From positions 5,408,001 to 5,472,000 of the forward strand of contig OY760175.1 of NCBI GenBank assembly GCA_963663165.1: 64,000 nucleotides of DNA, read 5' to 3'. The notes under the pieces were generated by a model. It saw nothing but the letters and a program-made list of their open reading frames with translations, searched no databases and had not been told where the DNA came from. Of this stretch, positions 40,059-49,587 are shown in pieces. A program made the position numbers and the translations under genes. The stretch comes from an uncultured Desulfospira sp. (lineage in GTDB: Bacteria > Desulfobacterota > Desulfobacteria > Desulfobacterales > Desulfobacteraceae). Position 1 is the stretch's first letter, and each line of letters starts with the position of its first letter.

Positions 40059-40625
40059 TTATATTTCTCCGGAAACCAGGGTCCGGGTCTTTAAAGGGGG
40101 AATCCCGCAGAAAAAAAGTCCGTCCATGTTTACATCCACCTCAAGGGTGCGTGGTCCAAACAAGAAGGCCTCTTTTTCCGTGATATACCTGTCGGTTAAA
40201 AAAAGAACCCGTTGGTTTTCCGATCCCCTCAGGCCCCGCCCCCTGTTTTGCTTTTCCAGGTAGGGCCCGCAGATAACCACATCGCAAAGTTCTAAAACCC
40301 GATTAAAATTCATTTCAATTTCCTGATAACTGAATCCTGTGTAAAGTATGATTCCCATTTCATTTTTTCCGGCACATGCCATTAAATCCAACACGTCATA
40401 GTACTGGACCAGGGGTTCACCGCCTGAAATGACCAGCCCCCTGGTTCCGGCCTTTGAAAGAAAGGCGGCCACCTGTCCTTTGCCAATTTGCCGGCCGCCA
40501 TCCATGTCCTGCCATTGTGGCGCAATGCAGCCCGGGCAAGACCTGGGACAGCCCTGGAACCAGACAGCGGATTTCACGCTTTTTCCAAAACTTCCGGTAT
40601 GGGCTTTCCAGGCAGCAATTCGCAT
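40059..40625 (-). CDS. Small radical-SAM 4Fe-4S protein (NrdG/activase-like)
   Basis: GCPRSCPGC, SGGEP, YTGF, LRGSENQR. Confidence 0.88.
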   Translation of the reverse strand: MRIAAWKAHTGSFGKSVKSAVWFQGCPRSCPGCIAPQWQDMDGGRQIGKGQVAAFLSKAGTRGLVISGGEPLVQYYDVLDLMACAGKNEMGIILYTGFSYQEIEMNFNRVLELCDVVICGPYLEKQNRGRGLRGSENQRVLFLTDRYITEKEAFLFGPRTLEVDVNMDGLFFCGIPPLKTRTLVSGEI

Positions 40626-41755
40626 CAGACCTTCCTTTCCCGATACCGGGCCAGATCAAAAAAATGTTCCTCGGCCGGGCGGTTTTCATACCCTCTCACC
40701 GTGGCGTAATCCTTTGCCCCCACTGCAGCCATAATCCCTTCCAGACGCTGGGCGTGGGTCAGGGGATCCAGGGTGTTGAAATCGACTTCCATGGAAAGTT
40801 CATCCGCCTCCTCGCCAATGTTCACCAAAATTTTTTCCCCCCGTTCATTTTCCATGAGCAGAATATTGTTAAGGCGCGGGTCATCTTCCTGGAAAAGATT
40901 ATCTACCACTTCAAAGCCCCGGCGAACCATCTTCTCAGCAATATCTGACTGTAGATCCATTTTACGGATATAGCGGATAAAGGCGCCTTCCGCAGAGAAC
41001 CCGGCATGGTTTACCCGGTCAACAACCGTATCAAGCAGACGTTCCAGTTCCTTCATCTGATCCAGATTCATCCTGCCAAGCCCGGTTTTCAGTTTTCGGG
41101 CGTTTTCAAATTCCTGTTTTGCCGCCAGCCACTCTTTTTCCGCCCAGAGGGGAATCTCAATGTCAACCACCTGGTTCGCCCCCTGTTTTGTGGAGAATTC
41201 CCGTTTTACAAGGGTGATGTTCATCATCTTTGCAACCTGGTCAAAGCTGTCGTTCAATTCTATTTCAAGGGCCTGTCCTTCAATACAGGTCTGTTCAATC
41301 CCGGGGACATCCCGGGCCAGCAGGGTATGCCAGTTCTGGGCCAGGGCCGTACACGCCTGGTACTGCCCGTTTTGCAGATTGGCTTCCATATTCCGGATCT
41401 GGTCGGTATAGGTTCCGAATTCCCGGGGAAAAAATCGTTCCATCTCCATTTTCTCAAGCGCCTGATATAATTCTTTTACCAGGTTCAGGCTATGTTCGGC
41501 AAACTCCCTGCTGTCCCTTTCCTTCTGTTCCAGGGTGCCGATCCTGCCTGAAATCCGGTCAATGGCCTGTTTCTGCTCCCGGATTCCGGACTCGGCCGCC
41601 CGGATGCTTTTTTGAGCCTGCTCCAGCCTGCCGGACAACTTCCTGTTTTCTCTTTCCTGCCGGTCAATATGGTTGCGAAGCTTTTTAATTTCCAATCGTC
41701 TGAATATGTAGTCAATCACTTCGGCCGGAACTGCCGGCTGTTTTCTTCCACTCAT
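40625..41755 (-). CDS. Coiled-coil protein, first gene of the operon
   Basis: Long heptad N-terminus; GGAGG RBS before the ATG at 41755. Confidence 0.75.
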   Translation of the reverse strand: MSGRKQPAVPAEVIDYIFRRLEIKKLRNHIDRQERENRKLSGRLEQAQKSIRAAESGIREQKQAIDRISGRIGTLEQKERDSREFAEHSLNLVKELYQALEKMEMERFFPREFGTYTDQIRNMEANLQNGQYQACTALAQNWHTLLARDVPGIEQTCIEGQALEIELNDSFDQVAKMMNITLVKREFSTKQGANQVVDIEIPLWAEKEWLAAKQEFENARKLKTGLGRMNLDQMKELERLLDTVVDRVNHAGFSAEGAFIRYIRKMDLQSDIAEKMVRRGFEVVDNLFQEDDPRLNNILLMENERGEKILVNIGEEADELSMEVDFNTLDPLTHAQRLEGIMAAVGAKDYATVRGYENRPAEEHFFDLARYRERKV

Positions 41756-41890
41756 TTTGTCCTCCATGTATAGCCATAATAGCGCTTAATGTTTCAGGTA
41801 TTTTGAAAATATTTTTTTGTTAAAAAAGGAAATTTTTTTTCAACTGGTTGAGACCAGGAAATCAATTTTTTGCTTTTTGGGGGTTAAAAT

Positions 41891-42665
41891 TTTTCAATCC
41901 TCTCTAATCGAGGCGGTGTTTCTAACTTTTCGGTGTGGTTGTTGTCAACACACTTTCCGTCTAGAAAAGTCTCAATCCTCTCTAATCGAGGCGGTGTTTC
42001 TAACCTGCCATGAAGGCTGAAAACGAAGCCAAACGTGCGGCTGTCTCAATCCTCTCTAATCGAGGCGGTGTTTCTAACAGCGAATCCCAGCAATGTTTCT
42101 TATGTCGCCGATACCGTCTCAATCCTCTCTAATCGAGGCGGTGTTTCTAACTTGGTATATGTATTTCAAGAAGGATGATGAGCCAGGATGTCTCAATCCT
42201 CTCTAATCGAGGCGGTGTTTCTAACAAAATAAACACTTTTCCGAAAAACTTATTCCTATTTGTCTCAATCCTCTCTAATCGAGGCGGTGTTTCTAACAGC
42301 GAATCCCAGCAATGTTTCTTATGTCGCCGATACCGTCTCAATCCTCTCTAATCGAGGCGGTGTTTCTAACTTGGTATATGTATTTCAAGAAGGATGATGA
42401 GCCAGGATGTCTCAATCCTCTCTAATCGAGGCGGTGTTTCTAACAAAATAAACACTTTTCCGAAAAACTTATTCCTATTTGTCTCAATCCTCTCTAATCG
42501 AGGCGGTGTTTCTAACCGTGAAAAGGGCCGTCAAGGCTCAAAGAACCAGGGGTCTCAATCCTCTCTAATCGAGGCGGTGTTTCTAACGTTGGGGTGATGC
42601 CAAATTGGTATTTCGATGCCCCAGATAATGTCTCAATCCTCTCTAATCGAGGCGGTGTTTCTAAC
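41891..42665 (-). CRISPR. CRISPR array 3: 11 repeats / 10 spacers (7 unique)
   Basis: Repeat on + is GTCTCAATCCTCTCTAATCGAGGCGGTGTTTCTAAC; degenerate copy at 41891. Confidence 0.98.
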
Positions 42666-43339
42666 AACTCAATATTACTGTGTAAATCCATTTGTAAAAT
42701 TTCAAACTATTTTTTAACCCATTGAAAACAGGGATAGGCTAACATCCAGTAAAAAGTTCGTCAATGATAAAATAAAAGGGGTGAAGTTGTTGCATTTCTG
42801 GTCCGTCAAACAATGCATCTTATTGATTTTATTGCTATAAAGAGAAAACAAAATCCTCGCCAATCTGTTTTTTAACAGCTATGTTCCGGGCATTTTCGAA
42901 AAACAGCCCTTTGGCGCATTTATAACACCTTGATATTATAGCTTTCTAAAAACCTCTAGAACCCATTTGTTCGCCAACTCCTGTGGCAAAGGCCGGGAAA
43001 TGGCAGTTGGCGAACTTTTTTAAAAAAGGAGTTTAAGGCCCTGATTAAGGATTGCGCTTTAATATCAATTGGTTACACTTAAAATGCCGCTAATCAAAAA
43101 GTTCGCCAATTGAATTGACCAGAAAAAACGCCTGAAACCGGCGACCCCAGGCCTTATGCGCATTTTAAAGGCCGGGGTGCGCCGGATAGTCCTGATTCGC
43201 TTCCCCGAAGATTTTTTTCAAACCCATGATCAAGGCATGCCCTCAAAATTTTGTAAACAAATTGTCAAAGATCAATAAGCGATAATGCCTTATAACACGG
43301 AACTGGCCTTTGTCCCGGGCCGATTTTCGGTTTTACGGA
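42666..43339 (-). promoter_or_regulatory. Long atypical leader region of array 3
   Basis: AT-rich; repeated TCGCCAA motifs, 11-bp IR at 42969/43005, IHF-consensus matches at 42923 and 43063, acaaattgtcaaagatc shared with other leaders. Confidence 0.6.
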
Positions 43340-44452
43340 TTAAATAAGCTTTAGCCGGACATTACCATTGCGTCCAAACCAGGTATGCCCTGGATAATGG
43401 AAAACCCTTGGATCTGCGGGATCCCATACCAGAACTTTTCTCAGTTGATCCATTGCCGGGCAATGATCCCTAACGAATTGTCTGATTCTATACTCAATTT
43501 CTCTGGCTAAGCGGTCGCAGGAAAGCGTGGCGTTTCCATTTCCATTATTGCTGTCCAGTGGCGCAAGTGTAAGGAACCGTGAGGCCGGGTCCGCAAAAAT
43601 GGTTAATGATTCTATTCTGATATGGCAGCTTCCCATCCCCATGGGTTTAGCATTGCCGATTTTATGCCTGAGCGGCCCGTTCAGCCGAATCCGATTTTCT
43701 TCCCCCCCAATGGTGACCTGAACATCTTCCTCCAAAATTAATATATAAATAAGGAGATCAAGTTCTTCATCCCGTAAATTGGAAAAGGTTATATCAAATT
43801 CAAAGCGATGCCCCGGTGTGAGCGCGGGCACGGTCCATGCGCGATCTGCCAAATTATTAGGGATGCCGGGAAAGTTAGTGTTGATCCCAGGCTGGTGAAA
43901 ATAAAATTTCCTGCACCGCCCATCAAAATCCCCTGTATGCGGCGAGATATAAAAAGAGCGATGAGTGCTTTTAGGACCGTTGAGCAGGACTTGATAGTTC
44001 TGAGTCTGTGCGTTCTCCGCCTGGATAACGGCATCACTGATACTGACCTTGCCTGTATGCACCTTTGCATTTGCGCGCTGTTCCATCATGCCGAACATTC
44101 TGCAGGCCACACAAAGGCTGGTGACTTGATCGCAGCTTTTGAAGTCATTGTGGCAGTTTCGTCCGTTTTTATCCGTGACAAAACAGCCCCCCCCCACAAC
44201 TTCGGCAAGGGAGCGGAGCATTCCTTTTAAAGAGCTGCCCGGAATAATATGTTTGCGATCTCTGGTTAAAAATGTTCTGGGGTTGCCTTCATTGTTTTTT
44301 GCAATAAATAAAGGGGTTAAATTTTCCAAGGTGCAGGTCAGTTTCCCGCTTTTTCCTTGGAATTTTTCATGGGTGACCGGCGGCATTCTGTTTATAACCT
44401 CCCGGACCGGAACCATCCTGTACGGATTCCAAAAGTGTTCTCCCTGGGGCAT
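43340..44452 (-). CDS. cas7: Type III-D terminal Cas7-group RAMP (TIGR03986-like)
   Basis: FWNPYRMVP, IPGSSLKGMLRS, RKFYFH, IGNAKPMGMGS. Confidence 0.85.
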   Translation of the reverse strand: MPQGEHFWNPYRMVPVREVINRMPPVTHEKFQGKSGKLTCTLENLTPLFIAKNNEGNPRTFLTRDRKHIIPGSSLKGMLRSLAEVVGGGCFVTDKNGRNCHNDFKSCDQVTSLCVACRMFGMMEQRANAKVHTGKVSISDAVIQAENAQTQNYQVLLNGPKSTHRSFYISPHTGDFDGRCRKFYFHQPGINTNFPGIPNNLADRAWTVPALTPGHRFEFDITFSNLRDEELDLLIYILILEEDVQVTIGGEENRIRLNGPLRHKIGNAKPMGMGSCHIRIESLTIFADPASRFLTLAPLDSNNGNGNATLSCDRLAREIEYRIRQFVRDHCPAMDQLRKVLVWDPADPRVFHYPGHTWFGRNGNVRLKLI

Positions 44453-44964
44453 CAGACTCCTCCTTTGGTTTCTTTTAGCGAATGATACCGGCTGAACCTG
44501 GCATCACCCGATGCATCAATCCATTTTTCAACCACCAGTTTAATGCGTCCTCTGGGATATTGGTTTTCTGTGACAGGATATTTAAATTCCACAGGAACTT
44601 GTTGTTCGATCCACCTGTTTTCCTTCTCCGTAAGAACACCCCATAAAAAAAATTCACCTGTCTCCCGCTCAAGCTGGTCAAGTTCTTTTGAACAATTCTC
44701 CAGCCCCTCGGGCGGAAGTGATTCTCCAAGATAGACCAGGCGAAGTTTTTCTCCCATACGGCGCCACTGCAGTTCACTTTCCGGTGAAAAGATTCGGCCC
44801 TGGGCACTTTTTTCCAACACAATTTTTTCCAGAGCGCTTTTTTCAAATATAAACCGGTCGGGATAGAACACAATTGATACGCAGGGTTCTTTACGCTTCA
44901 CCCGCCTGACAAATGCCCGGGCTTCTTCCTCCACAAGGTCTTTTGAAAAAAGATAGGCCATCAC
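44452..44964 (-). CDS. csx19: Csx19-like subunit
   Basis: GRIFSPESELQWRR, FLWG and C-terminal RFSRY; position in a III-D operon. Confidence 0.7.
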   Translation of the reverse strand: MMAYLFSKDLVEEEARAFVRRVKRKEPCVSIVFYPDRFIFEKSALEKIVLEKSAQGRIFSPESELQWRRMGEKLRLVYLGESLPPEGLENCSKELDQLERETGEFFLWGVLTEKENRWIEQQVPVEFKYPVTENQYPRGRIKLVVEKWIDASGDARFSRYHSLKETKGGV

Positions 44965-45953
44965 GCCCTCCTTTCATTTAATTGCTCCAGAGCAACGGGC
45001 CATTCACTTGTTTGAATCATTTGCACCAGATCATCCACGGCTAGGGCAAGATGGTCTTTCCAGCCCCTGGTGATATCGTATTCGTTTCTAAGACTCAGTC
45101 CCAGTTTAGAGCTTGAGGAAAGAGATGGGCCGTTTTGACCGGTTTCCTGAAAAAATCCGTATGACTGACAAATATCCTCAGAGCAAGCAGCACCCAGGCC
45201 GGTTAATGAGGAGAGCCGGCGGTGGTAGGAGGTGATTTGAAACCGGGTAATCCGGGCTTTGAACCTTCCTAAGCCTTTGCTCTTTCCGAAACCGATACGA
45301 AGTTTCTCCTCCTCCATTTCCTGCAATATCAGTCCAAGGAGACCTAACTGCCACCGTTCAAAATTACGAATCTCTATGGATGTGGAAAATTCCCCCCGGG
45401 TCAGCACTTCAAAGTCATACAGTGCCCCGGGAACAGTTCCCCCGGTAAACCGGTCAATGGCCACGCCGTTTCGAACCTCAAAGACAGGAGATCCTACCGC
45501 CCTGAATTCATCAGAGAGGCCGGCATCTGAAACAGCGCATCTTCCGATAAATTCATGGGATCCAAACATACGGCAGACAGGGCATGAAACCCGGTAAGCT
45601 GTGGCTGACGGGACACGCTCCAGACCATGATCTTTTTTATATTTTTCCAGCATCAAACCGCATGACGCCTGGCGCTGCTCCCGGGGATCCCTGCTGCCGG
45701 GTTTTAAATAGGGCAGACACACTGGAACCGGATCCTCTTTCAACGTCCTGCAGATTTTTTCCGCATACGATCGAATCATTCCTTTTAATGAGCTTCCCGG
45801 GATAAAAGGTTCTTCTTTGCCGCCGTGCCGGTGGGTACGGACAAACGCCATGTCGACCCCGGCCACAGTTGCCTGGCCGGACTTAATTAATAACGGGTCG
45901 ACAGGGATAATGGTCAACTCTATGAGGGCATTGTTGATCAATTGTTTGAGCAT
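44961..45953 (-). CDS. cas7: Cas7-group RAMP (Csm3/Csx7-like)
   Basis: PFIPGSSLKGMIRS, CPVCRMFGS, RNGVAIDRFTG, IGFGKSKGLG. Confidence 0.92.
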   Translation of the reverse strand: MLKQLINNALIELTIIPVDPLLIKSGQATVAGVDMAFVRTHRHGGKEEPFIPGSSLKGMIRSYAEKICRTLKEDPVPVCLPYLKPGSRDPREQRQASCGLMLEKYKKDHGLERVPSATAYRVSCPVCRMFGSHEFIGRCAVSDAGLSDEFRAVGSPVFEVRNGVAIDRFTGGTVPGALYDFEVLTRGEFSTSIEIRNFERWQLGLLGLILQEMEEEKLRIGFGKSKGLGRFKARITRFQITSYHRRLSSLTGLGAACSEDICQSYGFFQETGQNGPSLSSSSKLGLSLRNEYDITRGWKDHLALAVDDLVQMIQTSEWPVALEQLNERRA

Positions 45954-45954
45954 A

Positions 45955-46761
45955 TCAGTCTCCTTGTTTCATGGTGGCGGCCAGTTTCTCTTCCAGACAT
46001 TTTCCTAAAAGGTCGCGGGCCGGTGTCATCTGTTTTTCCACCAGGTATTTGATCAGCTCCGCTGGATTGGTATAATCCACGGATTCTACTTCTATGTCCG
46101 TCAACTGTACCTTTCCAAGCCCTCGGGATGAAAATCCCCCCAATTTAAAACCGTTTTCCCACTCCGCCAAAGCGGCACCAACCAGGGCAAGTTCATCATT
46201 CTCCGGATTTTCGATCTCAATGGTAATCTGAAAGGAGGCGCCGGCCGGCACCACTTCGTAGTCAAATTTGGCTTTGGGGCGGGCAGTTTCCGTATCCCGG
46301 TCAATGCAGACGCCGTCACGGATGCAAATGGCAGTCCCCCCTTCAACGGGAATACCGTCACTGAAAAAGATGCGGGATGCCATCATGGGGGAACCAAATA
46401 GTTTACATACATCGCAGGTGTGGGTGTCCAGCCAGTCCAATTGCTCTTTCCCGGCCCGGAGCGCCTTAAAGGCCTCCTGATTTTTTCGTCGAAAGGGCTC
46501 ATCACTGACACAATCTACTTTGGAAAGGGAGGTATCCAGCAAACATGCGGTCATGTCCAGATGGGGCGCCAGACGCTCGGAAAATGCCCTGAAGTTTCCT
46601 TTCAGGGTCGATCCCGGCAGGACAGGGTTTCCATCCGGATCAAGCAGAACCCCCATATCCGTGGACAACGCCCCCTCTTGTCCCGATCCGATATGAAAGG
46701 CCGTGTGAAACGTCAATTTTGCCGTAATTTTTACTTTTTGAAAATATGTATTATAAGTCAT
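45955..46761 (-). CDS. cas7: Cas7-group RAMP (Csx7/Csm3-like)
   Basis: HIGSG, LPGSTLKG, CDVCKLFGS, RDGVCIDRDT, LGGFSSRGLG. Confidence 0.92.
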   Translation of the reverse strand: MTYNTYFQKVKITAKLTFHTAFHIGSGQEGALSTDMGVLLDPDGNPVLPGSTLKGNFRAFSERLAPHLDMTACLLDTSLSKVDCVSDEPFRRKNQEAFKALRAGKEQLDWLDTHTCDVCKLFGSPMMASRIFFSDGIPVEGGTAICIRDGVCIDRDTETARPKAKFDYEVVPAGASFQITIEIENPENDELALVGAALAEWENGFKLGGFSSRGLGKVQLTDIEVESVDYTNPAELIKYLVEKQMTPARDLLGKCLEEKLAATMKQGD

Positions 46762-46762
46762 G

Positions 46763-47278
46763 TTATTCTCTCCTTTCTGGGGGGCTGACGCTGTTGAGTG
46801 CGGCGCAATAGGCATAATGCGAGGTAAGGTGTTCGCAATATACAGACAGGACTTTGGAAATGGCCGAATCAATTTTGTTTTTATTCATTTTTTTGATTTT
46901 ATTTCTGAGCGGTTTGTCATCCCCTGCGGATATTTCGTCTTCAAGAAAAGAGGCCAATTGGTCTTTAACCGCCATGTACAGGCAGTCGCGGCTCTCTATT
47001 GTGCGCGATATCTGGTTGGACATAAAATTCCAAAACACCTTTTTTTTCTCATTTGAATTTTTTTGCCTTTGATGATCAATCAGTCTGGTAAGGGCATTTT
47101 TCCCCCCTGACTGAATAGCGGCGGGAATGCTGTGAAGCTGGGAAGTCGTTATAAAATCTTTGGCTCCGTAATTGCCGCATAGTTCTTCCACAGCTTCACA
47201 GGCGTGGTCCCGCAGGGTTTTATCCAGAAACAGGTGAAATGCGTCTGAGTTTAGATATGCTTCATATGCCTTGTCCAT
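46763..47278 (-). CDS. Small alpha-helical protein, putative Cas11-like small subunit
   Basis: 171 aa helical, ITTSQLHSI motif; position within the effector operon. Confidence 0.55.
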   Translation of the reverse strand: MDKAYEAYLNSDAFHLFLDKTLRDHACEAVEELCGNYGAKDFITTSQLHSIPAAIQSGGKNALTRLIDHQRQKNSNEKKKVFWNFMSNQISRTIESRDCLYMAVKDQLASFLEDEISAGDDKPLRNKIKKMNKNKIDSAISKVLSVYCEHLTSHYAYCAALNSVSPPERRE

Positions 47279-47681
47279 GATGCCCGGCCTCCTCCTGGTT
47301 TAGCTGCAATTTATATAAGCAGTGAAAAATAACTTGCTTGCCCCATCCTCTGGCCAGTTTCATTTTGATATCAAGAACAAGGGATGGGTCCCCGCTGCCT
47401 ATCTCCTGGGCCTTGACCTCCAATGCTTCCAGTTGGCGGATCACCCCTGGTGCCACCCGGATCCATGTTGTTTTTTTGGTATCCTTTGCCGCCTGGTTTT
47501 TAATGTAATTGATAATTTCAGAAAACCGGCTGGTGGAAGTGATCAGTGTTTCAAGCCCGCGCAGTTGTGTTTTTCCCAGCCCCACCGCAGCCAGTTCATC
47601 TCCCATCTGTTTTGAATCACCATAAATTTGTTCGAGAAAGAGATCAATTTCTCTGGAGATTGTTTCATTGATGTGTGTCAT
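47262..47681 (-). CDS. Small alpha-helical protein, putative Cas11-like small subunit
   Basis: GKTQLRGL...IINYIKNQAAK; ATGA overlap with csx10. Confidence 0.6.
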   Translation of the reverse strand: MTHINETISREIDLFLEQIYGDSKQMGDELAAVGLGKTQLRGLETLITSTSRFSEIINYIKNQAAKDTKKTTWIRVAPGVIRQLEALEVKAQEIGSGDPSLVLDIKMKLARGWGKQVIFHCLYKLQLNQEEAGHHGQGI

Positions 47682-48865
47682 ATCCTCTCCCTGGTGTGTA
47701 ATGCATCGCAAATTGATATTTGACCAAATCCCTGTTCTTTCCTCAAACCGACACCGTTAATCAAAAGCGGTTCAAGAAATCGTTGTAATTTTCCAGGAGA
47801 ATCCCCTGTATATTTAAACAGATATACGCTTCCCATGGAAACACCGATGTCATCATTTCTGGCAAGCCCCATGGCGGCCTGCCACCCCCGTATTGTCTGT
47901 GTACTGGTGATTTGGGTAACCGGTCGGATATCCGGGTGCCGGAATTCTTCGATTTCCAAGACCGGCCGCAAAAAACGATCTACAAAAACCGCATGGGACT
48001 CAAGGGTCACACTGAAAAAGATCCCCTGGCCGGTTGATTCAGGTTTTAAAGGCATCAATTTTGATAATTTTTCTGTAAACGCATTGTGCCACGACTGGAT
48101 AGCCTCAGCAGATCCGGTTGGAAGTCTTTTGTCGTCAACAGGGGCCAAGGTGAGTTTGATTTCTCCAAATCCTCTTGTCCGGTCTGCACCAACAAAAATA
48201 GTGTTTTCAAGCAAAGGAGTTAAACAATTTACCTGCTCCTCGTTTAAAAACAGTTGCCCGCTAAGGTGCTGCCGGGAATAGAGATCCTGCCCTTGATCCG
48301 AATGTTTGTAAAAATCGGCTATGGATTGCGTGATAAAAAACATGGCGTTGGCAACCGTCCCTGTTGACCGGTCAATACCGGTATGACGGTTCACCAGGAT
48401 ATCCGGTTCAAACGCTTCAGGCGTATCCAGATTGCCGTTCCAGAAACCGGAAAAGGGTTTCATATCTTCTCCGCAGTTCGGGCCGGGGCATTTCCAGATT
48501 GCTTTATCCGGCGGTGTGCCGCCAATACGACTGGCTGCTGTAGCAGCAAGTGTGTCAAACACGCCATGTTGATCAAATCCAGGCTCCCGCTTACACGAAA
48601 TCAGGGTTGCTGGTAATATCCGCGAGTAATCCTGAGGGCCTTTCCCGGGTAAAAGGTTGCAGAACCGTACCGGATTCTCCAGAAAAAGGGTACGAAACGC
48701 ATCATCTTCCGCATTTTTGCCTTCCCTTAGATAACTTGCAGCCAAAGCCCCCCGCAAGGTGCCGCCGGGAATATAATTTAGCGTTTGAGGGGAACTGTTC
48801 CGGCGATCCTGCTGGATGATCAGCGGTGATAGCAGCTTTGCCGTCATGCGATAGTAAGTATTCAT
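47678..48865 (-). CDS. csx10: Csx10 (Cas5-group RAMP)
   Basis: YIPGGTLRGALA, HTGIDRSTGT, VGADRTRGFG, GVGLRKEQGFG. Confidence 0.88.
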   Translation of the reverse strand: MNTYYRMTAKLLSPLIIQQDRRNSSPQTLNYIPGGTLRGALAASYLREGKNAEDDAFRTLFLENPVRFCNLLPGKGPQDYSRILPATLISCKREPGFDQHGVFDTLAATAASRIGGTPPDKAIWKCPGPNCGEDMKPFSGFWNGNLDTPEAFEPDILVNRHTGIDRSTGTVANAMFFITQSIADFYKHSDQGQDLYSRQHLSGQLFLNEEQVNCLTPLLENTIFVGADRTRGFGEIKLTLAPVDDKRLPTGSAEAIQSWHNAFTEKLSKLMPLKPESTGQGIFFSVTLESHAVFVDRFLRPVLEIEEFRHPDIRPVTQITSTQTIRGWQAAMGLARNDDIGVSMGSVYLFKYTGDSPGKLQRFLEPLLINGVGLRKEQGFGQISICDALHTRERI

Positions 48866-49587
48866 TATTCCCTCATTTCCTGGTAATTCGAAGGGTCCAG
48901 ATAAAATTCTCCTTTTTCATTCAGATAGTTGTCTGCAGAAAAAGAGATGTCGTTATATAGCATCCGGGTAATGGTAAGGTGCCGGCCGATATGCCCTCCC
49001 CCGGTACTTTTGTCACCACCAAGACGATTAACCATGCCGATGGAGGCAATCAACAGGCAGTATGCAAACGGGGGATCTGTTTCTTCAAAAACAGCTAAAT
49101 CCCGGTGCCGCGCTGAAATTGTTGTTTGAAATTTTCCTGGAGGCGCATATTCAGTTGTAAACAGATGATTTTGTTTAGCTGTCCCTAATTTGCGGTTTAT
49201 TTTTACCCGGTTCCGGATCTGAAAGTTTCGGCTGGTGAAATTTGGATCTCCAACAGGGTAAGCATTTCGAAAATAGAGCCCCCCTTCTTCAAATTTATTT
49301 CCAAAAAGACGATCCACTGGTGACGGAGCCCGGCTCAGGGGGCCAAAGGCGCCGGGAAAATGCAGATCAATACTGTGGGGGTCCGAAGGTTCCGGGAAAT
49401 TGAGCGTCCGACAGAGTTTTTCACACGATTCCCGTATAACGCCCTTTAAAGTGCCTGCCGGTAAATAGGGATTGCCTCTGGCGTCTCTTTGAAGCAGACG
49501 ATCCGTGAGAATATTTCCATCTCCCGATCCTGTATGCCATATGGTTTCAAATTGGAAACTAAGTGTCAGTTCGAGTTTATGATGCAT
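48865..49587 (-). CDS. csm3: Csm3/Cas7-group RAMP
   Basis: WHTGSG, YLPAGTLKGVIRE, RLGGDKSTGGG. Confidence 0.88.
   Translation of the reverse strand: MHHKLELTLSFQFETIWHTGSGDGNILTDRLLQRDARGNPYLPAGTLKGVIRESCEKLCRTLNFPEPSDPHSIDLHFPGAFGPLSRAPSPVDRLFGNKFEEGGLYFRNAYPVGDPNFTSRNFQIRNRVKINRKLGTAKQNHLFTTEYAPPGKFQTTISARHRDLAVFEETDPPFAYCLLIASIGMVNRLGGDKSTGGGHIGRHLTITRMLYNDISFSADNYLNEKGEFYLDPSNYQEMRE

Noticed and set aside
40059..40625. nrdG with an anaerobic ribonucleotide reductase
   Set aside because: No NrdD or other glycyl-radical enzyme is in the window; the context is the kinase/AAA operon.
41779..41812. Possible ECF motif upstream of the kinase operon (ttttcaaaa...gcgcta)
   Set aside because: The -10 element deviates too far from TCCGTA to count.
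43334..43363. TCCGTA just after the last cas7 stop
   Set aside because: No TTTAAA element at the required spacing.
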